From positions 13,208,001-13,272,000 of the forward strand of contig NC_086118.1 in the NCBI RefSeq assembly GCF_963921235.1: a stretch of 64,000 bases of DNA. The letters are read 5' to 3'. Below are positions 25,244 through 37,152 of this stretch, one piece after another. Positions within the stretch are counted from its first letter, which is position 1. Each line of letters starts with the position of its first letter. The translations under genes and the position numbers were made by a program. Below the pieces are notes generated by a model that saw only the letters and a program-made list of their open reading frames with translations, was not told the origin of the DNA and did no database searches. This stretch comes from Mobula hypostoma. Lineage: Eukaryota.

Positions 25244-26220
25244 TCAGCGTTTGGCTTTTACTGAGCAGATGGAGATGAAGCTGTCTGGTTGGCCGCAGTA
25301 CAGACAGGAACGGGTGCTGATTCTCCTTTGTCTTTCAGTCGGCATCAGGCAGGAACAGTCAACCTTCATAGCTTTGGGCTCTGGAATGGGAATTGTAGAT
25401 GGGGGCAAATGGCAGGACAGTGTAGACTGATGAGGAGCTTCAAACTCACCCAGTGCCCCCAGGGACCCTCTGGAACACCTTCCTCTGCGGCGCTACTGAA
25501 GGCGAACATCAATACGGATGGCAAAATCCACCAAGGCTTCAAAGGTGGCAGGAAGGTCCTGGGTGACCAGCTCACCTTTGATGTCTTCAGAGAGGCCATT
25601 CAGGAAGGTGTGGTGCTGTGCCTCCGAGTTTCAGCCGCTGGAGGTAGCTAGGGTCCAGAACTCTATGGCATAATCTGACACAGATATGCGCCCCTGGTGC
25701 ATGGGCAGCATTTCACAGGCAGCCTCTCCCATGTTTGGGGCAATCAAACACTTTTCTCACCTCCTCAGAAAATAACTGAAAACTGATGCAGAAAGGTGAG
25801 CCTGCCTCCCAGACCCCATTCTCTTCCCCAACTGGACAGTTGGGTGATGACGTAGGCCACCTTGGCTTGATCAGCCGGAAAGGTTGTTGGTTGTAATTCG
25901 AAAATGAGGGTGCACTGGGAAAGAAAAGAATGGCAGGTACTGGGCTCACTTGAGTACTTTTCTGGAGGAGGCAGATGGGGCTCTTGGACAGGAGGAGTAA
26001 GCGAAAACGCAGAGGGCCGGGCAGAAGATGCAGTCGCAGATTGTTGGTGGGCGCTCTGAGGCAGCGGAAGTGACTGAGTCTGGGCCACAAGATCGGCTAC
26101 ATTGACAAAAAGCAACTCCACTGCCCTGAGCACGGAGTCTAGCTGGTTCTGGTGTCTCGCCAGCACCACTCCCTGTCGTTCTGGGTCAGCTCTGAGATGA
26201 CCAGGGACTGCTGGATCCAT
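25244..26220 (-). pseudogene. Gypsy gag pseudogene (sushi/PEG10-like)
   Basis: MDPAV start just after the 5' LTR, EPHLPPPEKYS...FLSQCTLIFELQP, and a degenerate zinc knuckle CLYCGQPDSFISIC near 25265-25310. Confidence 0.9.
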
Positions 26221-26236
26221 TCTGGCCAGATTGTAT

Positions 26237-26724
26237 TGCCAGGATGCTGGAGCAGGGATCCAATCAGAAACCCAGTACTGTGCACACAGTGATATTAATT
26301 GAGTAACAAATCCTGAGGTGCAAACAAAGTCGGCGTCGAAGTTCAGGCAGAGATCAAAATATCCAGAGAAATCCAAAAACCAAAATCGGGAAACAGAGTT
26401 GCTATTCAGATGGACAGAGTACAGATACAAATACTGAAAACCCTCAGGAAAATTCACTGGCACAATCTGACAACAAACAGGTGAAGACACAGGACTGAAA
26501 TACAGTGAGCAATAAACAGAGAGGCAGATGGAAGATGGAGCACAATGAGACAGAAATGGCAGCAACACAGGTAATAATGAGAAGCGGGTGAGAGACTGAG
26601 TACGGAGTACAGGGGCCAGAGTAGAGTAGGAGCGGGGACAGGAGCACATGGCAATACAAAAGCACAGACTGACAACTAGGGGGAAACACACAAAAAGACA
26701 AGAGTTCAACTGGAGGTACTGTCA
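26237..26724 (-). repeat. 5' LTR of the Gypsy element
   Basis: TGCCAGG...TACTGTCA; direct repeat of 21584-22059. Confidence 0.95.
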
Positions 26725-27399
26725 GGAGGTTAAAAATGTCTGCAAATGCTCCCAGCAGTTGTTAGGCACCTGATCTAAGGACTTGATCAGGACTAATTGC
26801 TTTCCACAGGTTTACTCTCTGGAAACACTGATCTGCCATCCACCACTGAGATTATGGGCTCAGGTGCAATGGAGGCTCTCCAGGTTTGTGGTGACAAAAT
26901 ATGCGTAAAATGTGGTTATCTCAGTGAGAAGGGATAAGATGCTGCCTGACTTTGTTTAGTAGCCTGTGTCTGCTGTGCCATGGCTGGATTGGGACTTGAT
27001 TTTTGACTAAAATGTGGCATCTTGAATAGCTTCATGGAGATCGTATTTCAATTTCTTGTACATGTCAGGGTCACCTGATTTGAATGCTACAGTCCTAGAT
27101 TTCAGTAGAGAGTGGATTTCCCAGTTCATCCATGATTTCTGCTTTGGGAACATCCAGATTTTCTTTTTTGATACAGAATCCCCAATATACTTCCTGATAA
27201 AGTTCTTGATAGTGATGACATTGGTATCTAGGCAGGCAGCTGAGTCTTTGAACATGAACTAATCTAAAACTCAGAGGAAGCAAAATCATGCATAAGGGAG
27301 TTGATAAGATGTGCTGCTTCTGATTAAGATAATGACTAGCTGCGGTCTCTGTTGAGATTGTAGCTCAGAATTAGCATTCTTCGGGTTTATGGGAATGGT

Positions 27400-28315
27400 T
27401 TTGGGGGCACAGAGGGGTAGTCGGGGTCACTGGGGTTCAGACTGGGGTCTAGGCCTCCACTCTATGCTCCATGTTTGAAGGCCAATGATGTGAACATTCA
27501 TTGAAGGACATCTGTGGATGAATGTCAGGCTGGAAAGGGCTGTAGGTGAAGACCAGCAAGGATGATAGTTGATGATTCCCCAGGTCTGCAAATTCCTCCA
27601 GGCCAGCGGGTCCCGGGACTGGAGGTCGAGGTAGGCAGGAGGCACAAGGGTCATGACCTCCTTGGCCGGAGATTTAGTGGTCTGGAGTTCAAGAGCACAT
27701 CATCGTCGAGTCCAAGCTTCAAAGCCTGGAATTCAGGGTCCCCTCATCAGAGAGTCCTGGGGTCAATGCCCAAGATCAAAGCCTAAGTTCGAAAACTGAA
27801 CTCAGCGAGATTGAAAGTTGAGGCTCAATGGCTGAAACCATGGATCTGCTAGTCCTTGAGTCCACTGGAGAATGGAGGCTAAAAGCAGCCTAACCTGAGT
27901 TTGGGAGTTTGTCCATGTGTGTGAGAAGATAGCTAAGTGATTGGGAGAGAGCAAAAGGGGCTTGTTTTGCCGTTGTTACTTTGTTGGTTATTGTTCTGTT
28001 GTTGTTTTTGTTGTTGCTGTTGTTCTGCTGAAGATTGTAAGAATGCTATGCAACGCACACAAAATGCTGGAGGAGCTCAGCAGGCCAGTAGCCTCTATGG
28101 AAAAGAGACACTTCATCCAGCATTTTGTGTGTGTTGCTTTGGATTTCCAGCATCCGCAGGTTTTCTCGTGTTTTAGGGAATGCTATGTGGGCACCGGAAT
28201 GTGTGGCAACATTTGCAGGCTACCCTGAGGACAGCTTTAGTTTGTGTTGGTTGTCAATGCAAGTGACACGTCACTGTATTTTAAAATGTACATGCGATAA
28301 ATTAATCTGAATCTG
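27400..28315 (+). mobile_element. Non-autonomous retroposon-like repeat with (TCTGAA)n tail
   Basis: GC-richer body, T-rich 3' part, end gataaattaatctgaatctga. Hosts the 127-bp insertion at 28051-28177. Left edge approximate. Confidence 0.45.
28051..28177. mobile_element. Palindromic mini-element derived from Penelope termini
   Basis: caacgcacacaaaatgctgga...tccagcattttgtgtgtgttg inverted arms; flanking direct repeat GAATGCTATG at 28041-28050 and 28178-28187. Confidence 0.75.
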
Positions 28316-28744
28316 AGCAGAATGTTAAACCACCTTCATCATGAGGAAGGCATGTCAATGACTCGACTTTCTTCAGAACTTAAGGCAAATTGGCACGTCA
28401 TCAAATATGTTAAATAAGCTTCCATAAATGCACTGTTCAGAGTATCCTGACTGATTCAATCATAGACTAGCACAAAAATTCTAAAGCAAAGGAATGCAAA
28501 AAGCTTCTGAGAGGAGTGGACACAGCTTACTCCTTCATAGACACAGGTTGCATCCATCAATAAGGATGCTTACCGTCGGGGTCAAGCACTCTTATGGCAG
28601 CTACCTGTCAGACAGAAGGTATAGCAGTCTGAAGTCTCACACCATCAGATACAGGGTCAGCTACTTTCCTACAACCATCAGGCTATTCTTGAAGCAACCT
28701 GCACAACCTGACTTGAACCGATTTGGCATGATCCCGAATCCTAA

Positions 28745-28982
28745 TACGAGAACATCTACAGATGCAGGAAATCCAAAGCAACACACACAGAATGCTGGAA
28801 GAACTCAGCAGGTCAGGCAGTATCTGTGGAAAAGAGTAAGCAGTTGACGTTTTGAGCCAAGACCCTTCTTCAAGACTGAGAAGGAAGGGGGTAAATGCCT
28901 GAAAGTGTGGGGAGTGGAAAGAGAGCATCTGGAAGGTGATAGGTGAAGCTAGGAGAGTGGGAAAGGTCAAGGGCTGGAGAAC
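28745..28982 (-). repeat. Penelope-like pLTR/3' fragment
   Basis: Same terminus as 20127-20330; hammerhead-like motif at 28841-28878. Confidence 0.8.
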
Positions 28983-31734
28983 CTACTTCAATAACAGAAC
29001 ACTATGAACTTTTTCTTTCTGCATTAGTGTCTTATTTTGCATAGTTACCATCTTGCATAATTTATGTAGTTCATATTCTGTGCACTTTGTGCCCGTAATA
29101 CCACTGCAAGCATGTTTTTCATTGTACCTCTGCCTCACTGTATTTGTGCAAATGACAAACAATTCACCTTGACTTAAATATTGCAACAGGTGAAATGGAC
29201 ACACCCAATACATTCCCATGAGGAAATGGGACATTATGAATTCTGTCCTTGAATCGTGTCCTTTAAATGTCTGGCCAATGAACAGTTCCAAATCTCAGTT
29301 AATGTGCAGAAATAGGAAAACTCGGCCAATGTAATATATTGCTCCTCCAAAGTAACTGGATTGAAAGTCTGTACAGTGATTATAGTGTGTGAAATATAGA
29401 TAGTGAATGCACTTGAAATTTTTTTTTGTCCTAAGTAGAGCAGATTCAGGGGAAGGAAGTTGAAAGGGTGGATAGAGGGTGAATAATACTTCGTTGCTTT
29501 TAACAATTATTTTAAAATGCCATTACACTTTGCACAAAATGTGCCCTTCATGCTTAACACAAAATTATAAATGCATAGCATGGGGTAAAGCTCATAATTT
29601 AAATGCTATAATGTACAAATGTAATTGCATCGAACAATGTGTATCATAAAAGATCGCATCATTAATTTACTTGTGATTCAGTGCACGTCGTACAAGAACC
29701 ACATGAAATGAATGTCGTAGCATTCATATCGAACACCTCTCATGCTCATTATCTTCTGATGATCCATCAATTTACTAAATGTTCAATTATTTACATTACA
29801 CTAAAGAATGCAATCTTAGCTTAGCTTTTCCAATTTAGAAGATTTGGCATAATATATATTTCAGTTAGAAGCTCCAATTTTGAGAAACCAGATCTCTGTC
29901 TGTCATCACCAGATCTCTATTGTATATGTTCTAACCTTAATTAACAACTGGGCTAACGCTGTACCTGAAGAGAGCACAGGTTGTGCTGGGCTTCTGTCAT
30001 AGACTGAACTCTGATGAATCCTGCAGGCGTCAAAACATCAATTAAATATCCAAAAAGAAATATTGTTAGCAAATTAGTTTTCAGAACTTGTGGAAAATAC
30101 CAAACAATTGCTTCTGGGGCCTGTTACAACACAAATGAATAAAAAATTATAATATGATCATCTTAAGAGTAAACAATTCCTTGATCAGTAATTAAACTGA
30201 AGAAATATAACTGGGCCAAGCATAGAAGGAATATAAATGAATATCCATTTTTAAAAAGGCTTCACAGTCACAGGATAGCCCAAAGCATCTTGTATTTAAA
30301 ATTGTACTTCTGAAGTGTTGTTAGTGCCCAAATGCAGCAGCTGTAACAGTCAATTTGCGCCCATAAGCAGCAATGACATGGATTGTATATCCAGGTTGGA
30401 TGAAACTCATTTAGAGATGAAGAAGAATTTGGAATTGTTTAGAGATGCAATAGGAAGAACAGGTTTGTTTGAGGTGCTTAAGATGTCCACCAAAAGGCTA
30501 TTATCAACAACCAAGCAACACTGCATTACTACCCAGTGATGCATGCTAACTCATGGGCCTGAGAGAATGTTGTCAGGGACATTCTCCAGGTGGTCAGCAG
30601 GAAATTTCTGGACAACCTTAATTATGCAGGCAAGGGACTGGAAATTTAGAAATTGGATTGCAAAGGTCCTATTTGTTTGGTGCTGTGTGGTCCAATTCCA
30701 ATTTCAAGCGGAGTAGATTCCATTGTGGCCTGCCAATAATGGGCTCCTGGACCGGCTGCAGTGATGACTGGATTTGTGGCTGTCGACTCACTCACATGAA
30801 CTTCGGTGCTGAATGTTAGTTGGTTACTTTTACTGTTTGCACAATTTGATTCTTTTTCTGCACATTGGGCATTTAACAGTCTTTTTTTCATGACTTCTAG
30901 TGGGTTTCTTTGTTTTGCAGCTGCCTGTCAAGAGACAAATCTCAACATTTTATATTGTATACGTACTTGATAATAAAGACACTTTGTATTTTGAACTCCT
31001 ATCAGAGTGTGTTAGTCTACCAGTCAGCTGCAGGGTTACTCATTCAATAGATTCTTCAGTGGTTATGATACTGTCAGCAGCCCATTACCCATTACTGGTT
31101 GCCATTATATGGGCAATACTTGACTAAGCAACATCAGCACAGGAGGCAAAAGCATGCAGGTCATCAGGAAAACCCAATCCTTATTCTGCACTGTCATGGT
31201 TTTACCTTGTTCCATCTCAAGGCACCAGGTACCAATTTGATCTGTATTCAAGAGTGTTGCACTGTACCTTAGTACATGAGACAATAATTAAACCAATTCC
31301 AGTTCCAATTTCATACGGAACTACAAGACTCTCTAATGAAAAATGCATTGTCAGAAAAAAACAACAGATTGTAGATGCTGGAATTTGGAGGTAAAGTCAT
31401 CATACCAGCTTCTATAGGGTGTAGCACAGTTTGAAAGAGTGGAGCTATACCATTATTGCTCCACTGAACTGAGTTCAACGCTGACATCCGGTCCTGTCTA
31501 CACAGACTTTGCACATTCTCCTTCTGAATGCATATGTTTCCTTTTCTAGTTTTCTCCTATGTCCTGAAGACACCCAGGTTGGTAGTTAATAGGATGTCTA
31601 TATTGCCCCTAATGAAGCAGAGAGGTAGTGTCTTAAGGAGTTGGTAAAGGACTAGAGTGAATGGATGCTTGTTTGCTGGCATTGGATGTAATGGGCCAAA
31701 TGGCCTGCTTCCTTAATATGTGACAAGCAGTTCC

Positions 31735-32730
31735 TCACAAAGACCTCCAGGGACCTAAACCATCCTTCCAGGTGAGACAAAGGTTAACATAGTATCCTCC
31801 GAACTTGCCTGCTACACTTGGTGCTCCCGATGTGGCCTTCTCTACTTCGGCCAGACCAAGCACTGACATGCCGACTGCTTTGCTCAGTCTGCAATGGCTA
31901 TCCTGACCTCCTAGTGCCAATCATTTCAGCTTCCCTCTCAATTCCCACCATGAACTGTCAATCCTCGACCTTCTCTACTACCAGGATGAAGCCCAGTGCA
32001 AACTGGAGGAGTAACACCTTCTACTTTGCTTGGGTAGTCTGCAACCCAATTGCATGAAAATTGTGTTTTCCTATTTTAGGTAAGAACCCTCCCCACACAC
32101 ATTTGTCATTTTTTTCCTTCTCTGCCTTCTTTTCTTTCTGATCATCTGATCCTCCGAGTTTTGTACTTTCCACCACCCCACTCACTTCACTCATTTTTGT
32201 TGCCTTCTCCCTCCTCCATCTACCATCTTCACACATGTTTCTTCACCTCCTCCCCCCACACACACTCCTCACATACCCCACCCACCAACTATCCCTTCTC
32301 CTCTCATGGTTCACATTCTCACCATAATCCAACAAAGTTGTTCCTCCTTAACCCCCTCCATCAGGGGCTCCCATCTTCACACTCTCCTCTCCCCATCTTG
32401 CTCTATCCATGTTTATGTTCCCTCTTTTCCTCTTTCTCTCTGTCTGCTTCCATCTGTCATTCACCTGCAACAGTCTTACAACTCTACACTTGCAATCCTT
32501 CACAACCTGGCACTATCTGCTGTCATCTATACTCCTCCCTGTCAACTAATGCCCACTTGGCTCTCCCCATCCCTTCTCTTTTCTGGCCATCTCGCCTCTC
32601 CACTGTCCAGAACACTGACAGTTTCTAACCACCGCCCCCCCCCGACCCGCCTCACACAGATGCTGCCTGATCTGATTAGCTCTTCCAGAAGACAGTGTGT
32701 GACACAAAATATTTCAAGTGTTTGCATGTA
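31735..32730 (+). mobile_element. Penelope-like element 3' part (GIY-YIG remnant + long pyrimidine-rich UTR)
   Basis: GPKPSFQVRQR, CSRCGLLYFGQT (~31822-31858); terminal cagatgctgcctgatctg at ~32657. Confidence 0.8.
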
Positions 32731-33199
32731 ATCCCCATACTACTTTGTTCTAATGCATGAGCTAATCAGTAAACACATTCCTTGGCCCCTGTTGACCTAA
32801 AAATACTGGAAGAGGGTAAGGAAAGATTTGTGGACAGAGAGAGAAAGGGTTCACATTTTAGTTTGATGACTTTTAATCAGAAATTTACCTTGGGTGGGTG
32901 GTTATTGTCCTAAAGCAGCAGACACATTGTCCAAAGATGTCCAAACACAAGCACTTACTAGATTAGGTGTGGGTACCTCTCGTTGACCTGGAGTCTAGTC
33001 GCAGACTTCACTGGGTGAGGGGTCTTCAGGTGAAGTAACATAGAGGTTGTGCCCCTAGAGGGCAGTCTAGAGCACTACTTCCTTCTAACAGTTGGGATTA
33101 TTGAGGAGCTATGGTTTATACAGGATGGAAACTGGCCATTTGGGTCACCTTGTCCATGCTAACCGTCAAAACTATCAGCTTTTACTGTTGATCACAGTT

Positions 33200-33580
33200 T
33201 GGTCTTGGGGATCACAAAAGGCTGTGGTTCATTACACAGACACAAGTCTCCCCACCATCAATGACAACTTCAATAGGTGGTGCCTTAAGAGGGTGATACC
33301 CACTGCTGTGGAACCTACCATCCAGACATGCCCTCTTTGCATTACTACCATTCTAGAGGAGCCTGAAGACACACACTCAAAGTTTTAAGAACAGCTTTTT
33401 CCCCTCTACCATTAGATTTCTGAATGGTTCATGAACTTCAGGACACCACTTAATGTTTCTTTTGCACTATACTGTAAATTTATTTTTGTCACTTATATTA
33501 TTTTTTACATCTTGTGCTGTACTACTGTTGCAAAACAACAAATTTCATGACCCATGTCATTGATAGAAAACCTGATTAAA
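33200..33580 (+). mobile_element. Rex1/Babar-like 3' fragment, old
   Basis: TSLPTIND...CLKR and FKNSF motifs; 3' UTR homologous to 1390-1605. Confidence 0.65.
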
Positions 33581-34079
33581 TCATTCATTGTTAAATATCG
33601 ATAGAATGATTTAAAAATAACATAATTTTAAAAACATATCTTGCTTTTCTCTTTCCTTCCCAGTGCACAGGGCTAGGATCTCCGTCAAGGTTTCAGGTAC
33701 CGTGTCAAGTCTGATCTGGCATGGGATCCAAGTATTGATTCCCCAGTGGTTTACTGGGAACAACAGTAAGACTGGGCTCAGCTGTGGATTCTATGTGGAG
33801 CCCAGTGATGGGGTACAGTACAAAATATTGGGCATCTGTCACCATCGCCTAGCAGCTGCTGCTTAAAATGAATATTGGAAGACTGGGATTTACAGCTGTG
33901 AAAGCGGTTGAATGTGATGCCTCCGATTGGAGCCACCGACAAAAAGTATAGTTTGATTTGTTAGCTGTGTTTTCTCTCTCCACAAATGCTGTCTACGCTC
34001 TTGTGTTTTCTGCTGCATTTTCCAATTGTTTGCAGTATTTTACTAATGGATCATGTGCTGGGTGTTATCATTGTGGCAG

Positions 34080-35010
34080 AATCAAAGTTCAAAAGTTCAA
34101 AGTTCTAAATGTGTATACTATATACAACCTTTAGATTCGTCTCCTTACAGGCAGCCACAAAACAAGAGCCCATTAAAAAGAGGACCATCAAGCACCTAAA
34201 AAAACAACTCCTGCACGCAACAAAAGCAATTGAACAACTGAATTTCACCAGAGTCCACAGCCACAAAGCCAGTCTTCATTACAGCCGATACAGTAGCCTG
34301 CTGGTTGCAGGCCTCAGCCTGCGTTCAACACAGAGGTGAATAATCTCACGGAGCAACAACCAGAATTGGCTCATCCCTCACCACTGAGTCCAACACATGA
34401 ACTTCTCAATCTGGCCCGCCGCTTAAGTTGTCCAAACTCCAGTTCATGCCTCGCACTTGGACATGGGCCTTGCTGCTTTGCTAATTTCTTGGGCACAGGC
34501 CCCACTGCCTCGATTCAACCTGCACCCAAATTTTCCAATTCGACCTGGTCCTTACATCAATCAAACCTCAGGTCATTCCTTGCTCTCGGGACAGGGTCCT
34601 GCCACTTCAATATACTCTTGGGCTTGGGCCCTGCTGCCTCGATTCAGCCCAAACCTAACCTTTACAATTCAGCCCAGTGCTTAAATTGCTCAAACATTGG
34701 GTCTTTCCTCACTTTCAGGCGTGGACCCAATGTATAAAATCTACCTTGCCTTGCCTCGATTCTGCCGCATTAAATTGGCTCCAAGTCCGCTCCAGCAATA
34801 GCCAAGTATTGACCCTTTCCCCACTCTCGGGCCCGAATTCCACTGCCTCAATTTGGCCCCTACAGGCGATGCCGCAACTGTTCTGTGCCTTTGAGACTTC
34901 AGTTCACAGTGTAAAAATGTCAGGTCATATAGGCGGTTCAAAGACACAACTCCAAAAGGGAAGTTACAGACTATTGGTTGAAGTGATCGTGTACCAGAAA
35001 AAGTGTGACT
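34080..35010 (-). mobile_element. Non-autonomous retroposon-like repeat with (TTTGAAC)-like tail and internal degenerate subrepeats
   Basis: aaagttcaaaagttcaaagttc at the left end; recurring ctgcctcgattca / gggccc units at 34400-34860. Confidence 0.5.
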
Positions 35011-36184
35011 AATAAACAAGTTAATAGTGATCAAATCGCAAACGAAAGAAATCCTGCAGATGCTGGAAATCCGAGCAACACACATAAACTGCTGGAGGAG
35101 CTCAGCAGGCCAGGCAGCATCTATGGAAAAAAAGTACAGTTGATGTTTCAGGCTTCCACTGCAACAGGGGATTGTGTATGATAGTTTAAAGCCGATACTC
35201 CCTCTGAAAAACCCGTGAGCAGCCTCATGGATTGAAATTCTGTGTCACCTGTGTACAGGGTTCATTCATGACCTTCATGCACCTGGGCTCACAATACCTG
35301 GAATCCTTCTCACTGTGAATGAAAGGGTGGAACAGGAAATTGAGGAGAATGTGAGAAATTGAGATTTTTACTTTGTTTTTTTGGCTTTTTTTCTGTGCAA
35401 ACCACGCCAGTAAATGCAATCATTAATCCTTTTCCTCTTGGTTGCTAGTCTCTTATTCAGTGCCCAGCTTTTTACACCCAAGGGATACTGTTTGCTAAAT
35501 TATCTTTTAATGCAAGGCTCGTGGAGTGCAGAGACTGGAGACATGGAGCCAATCACCTTTCAGCAAAAAATATCAAGCTCGACATCCAGGAGGCATGGCC
35601 CTTACTAGCTTTGTTCAATCAGGAATGACTAAGCAGTGAAGGCTATTTCTTTACACTCTGTGTCTCCTATTATACACTAGGAGCAGATGAGCATAAACTA
35701 TTATATAAGATTAACCACCTACCCTTTTTCTGTTCATTTTATAGTCTTTTCTTTTGGAAGTAAGCTGAAATTATCCCATCTGCGCAGGTTACTTAGCTTT
35801 TTTCATATTTTCAGACTGCAGAAGTTTTAGAAACCAACTGAAAACATTTCAAATGATAAAATGCTTTCCTTTGAATTCACAGTTGTTACAACCCACCAAT
35901 TGTGAGACAGGACATCACATTACTTCCAGCCAGTCACTTGTGCCATTAATACTTTTTTTTGAAATTGTTTCTTTCTTTTTCCAGACCAATGGAGAACATT
36001 TCTATGAGTGTCCCTACTCTGAATTTCTGCTGCTGTCAGTTGGCTTTCTCAGTCTGTCTTGTCACCACAGGGCCTGCACTGAAATCTTTGCATTATCCGC
36101 CAAGTTTCCTTGGGCTTAGCAAGCTTTTCAGAGAGCTTTCCATCTCAGTTGCCAGCCCACATCATTTATCTGCTCTACACACCT

Positions 36185-36660
36185 GTCAAGAATTGTAGAG
36201 GAGGCCTAACCCAAAAGCAGAGCAGTGGAGATGATTTGGTGGTGAATGACAGCTTCAATAATAGACTGCAAAATAACAGGACGCGAGGGGCCACAAATCA
36301 TGAGAGAACCGTAAATAAACACAGCAGGCAGCAAGGTAAACTTTGGCAGGGAGAGTGAAGGCTAGGGAGCAATTAGATGAGGCTGGCTGGTTCAATGAGT
36401 GAACGAGAACTGTGGATGAGAATTGGGGTTAAGTCTGCTGCAGGTGAGGAGTCGTGAATGAGCAGCAGGTAAATACCATTAGCTGGGTGAGAGTGGGAAG
36501 TGTTTGCATGTGCAGGCTGGGAATTGTCAGCAAAAGCTGGCCTGATAGGACCACTCCCCTGACAGCCCAGGATGATCTGGATGGATCCAGTAAAAGTCAT
36601 TAAATAGCAATGGATCCAAGATGTAACTAGACAGCACCCAAGATCTCTCCTCCAGGCTGA
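36185..36660 (-). mobile_element. Second sushi-type Gypsy relic: chromodomain end + 3' LTR
   Basis: Minus strand EERSWVLSSYILDPLLFNDFYWIHPDHPG (~36565-36651), purine-rich aggggagtgg, then an LTR-like segment ending at TGTCA (36185). Different family from 21584-26724. Confidence 0.75.
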
Positions 36661-37152
36661 ACACTTCCCAGTCAACTATCATTCCTGTCTGTATAAAATA
36701 ACAATAGCAGACACAGGAATCACCACCTCAGAGGAATTACTATTGTGTTACCATATTAAATCACAGTGGATTTAATTTGGCTTTTTTGGACACTGATCAA
36801 CTGAAAAAGACTCTTTTCTGTGAAAAAAAATGAAAACAGATCTCTACAAAGTGATCTAAATTAATTACAAATATAAAACACAAAATAATTGATTGCAGAA
36901 ATATTCACTCCCTTCAAGGCAGTATTTAGTAGATGCACCTTTGGCAGCAATTACAGCCTTGAGTCTGTATAGGTAGGTCTCTCTCAGTTTTGCACATCTG
37001 AACAATGCAATTTTTCCCCTTTCTTCTTTACGAAACTGCTCACGCTCTGTCAGATTACATGAGGATCATGATTAAACAGCACTTTCATGTTCAGCCATGA
37101 ATTCTCCATTGGATTGAAATCTGAACTCTGACTTGGCCATTCCAGGACATTA

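Larger units (their letters stand above)
21584..26724 (-). mobile_element. Ty3/Gypsy chromovirus (Tf1/sushi group) LTR retrotransposon, both LTRs present, decayed
   Basis: LTRs 21584-22059 and 26237-26724 (TG...CA). TSD GGAGG at 21579-21583 and 26725-26729. PPT agggggtgtac next to the 3' LTR. Domain order gag-PR-RT-RH-IN-chromodomain on the minus strand. Confidence 0.97.
20825..27290 (-). mobile_element. Rex1/Babar-like LINE, split by the Gypsy element
   Basis: CLNDYCPVA, LLIDYSSAFNTII (21260-21535), APQGC (20998-21192), FPKQKSWMN (27007-27255). The ADIFNL|..QSEVP motif is split at the Gypsy TSD. Confidence 0.85.

Noticed and set aside
25244..26220. Domesticated PEG10/RTL-like gene
   Set aside because: Retains LTRs and TSD and has frameshifts; an ordinary decayed retrotransposon.
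32161..32731. 155-aa and 141-aa Ser/Pro/His-rich ORFs
   Set aside because: Low-complexity pyrimidine-rich Penelope 3' region.
35225..35360. Protein-like frame FIHDLHAPGLTIPGILLTVNERVEQEIEEN as an exon or transposase fragment
   Set aside because: Short, bounded by stops, weak splice sites and no recognisable family.
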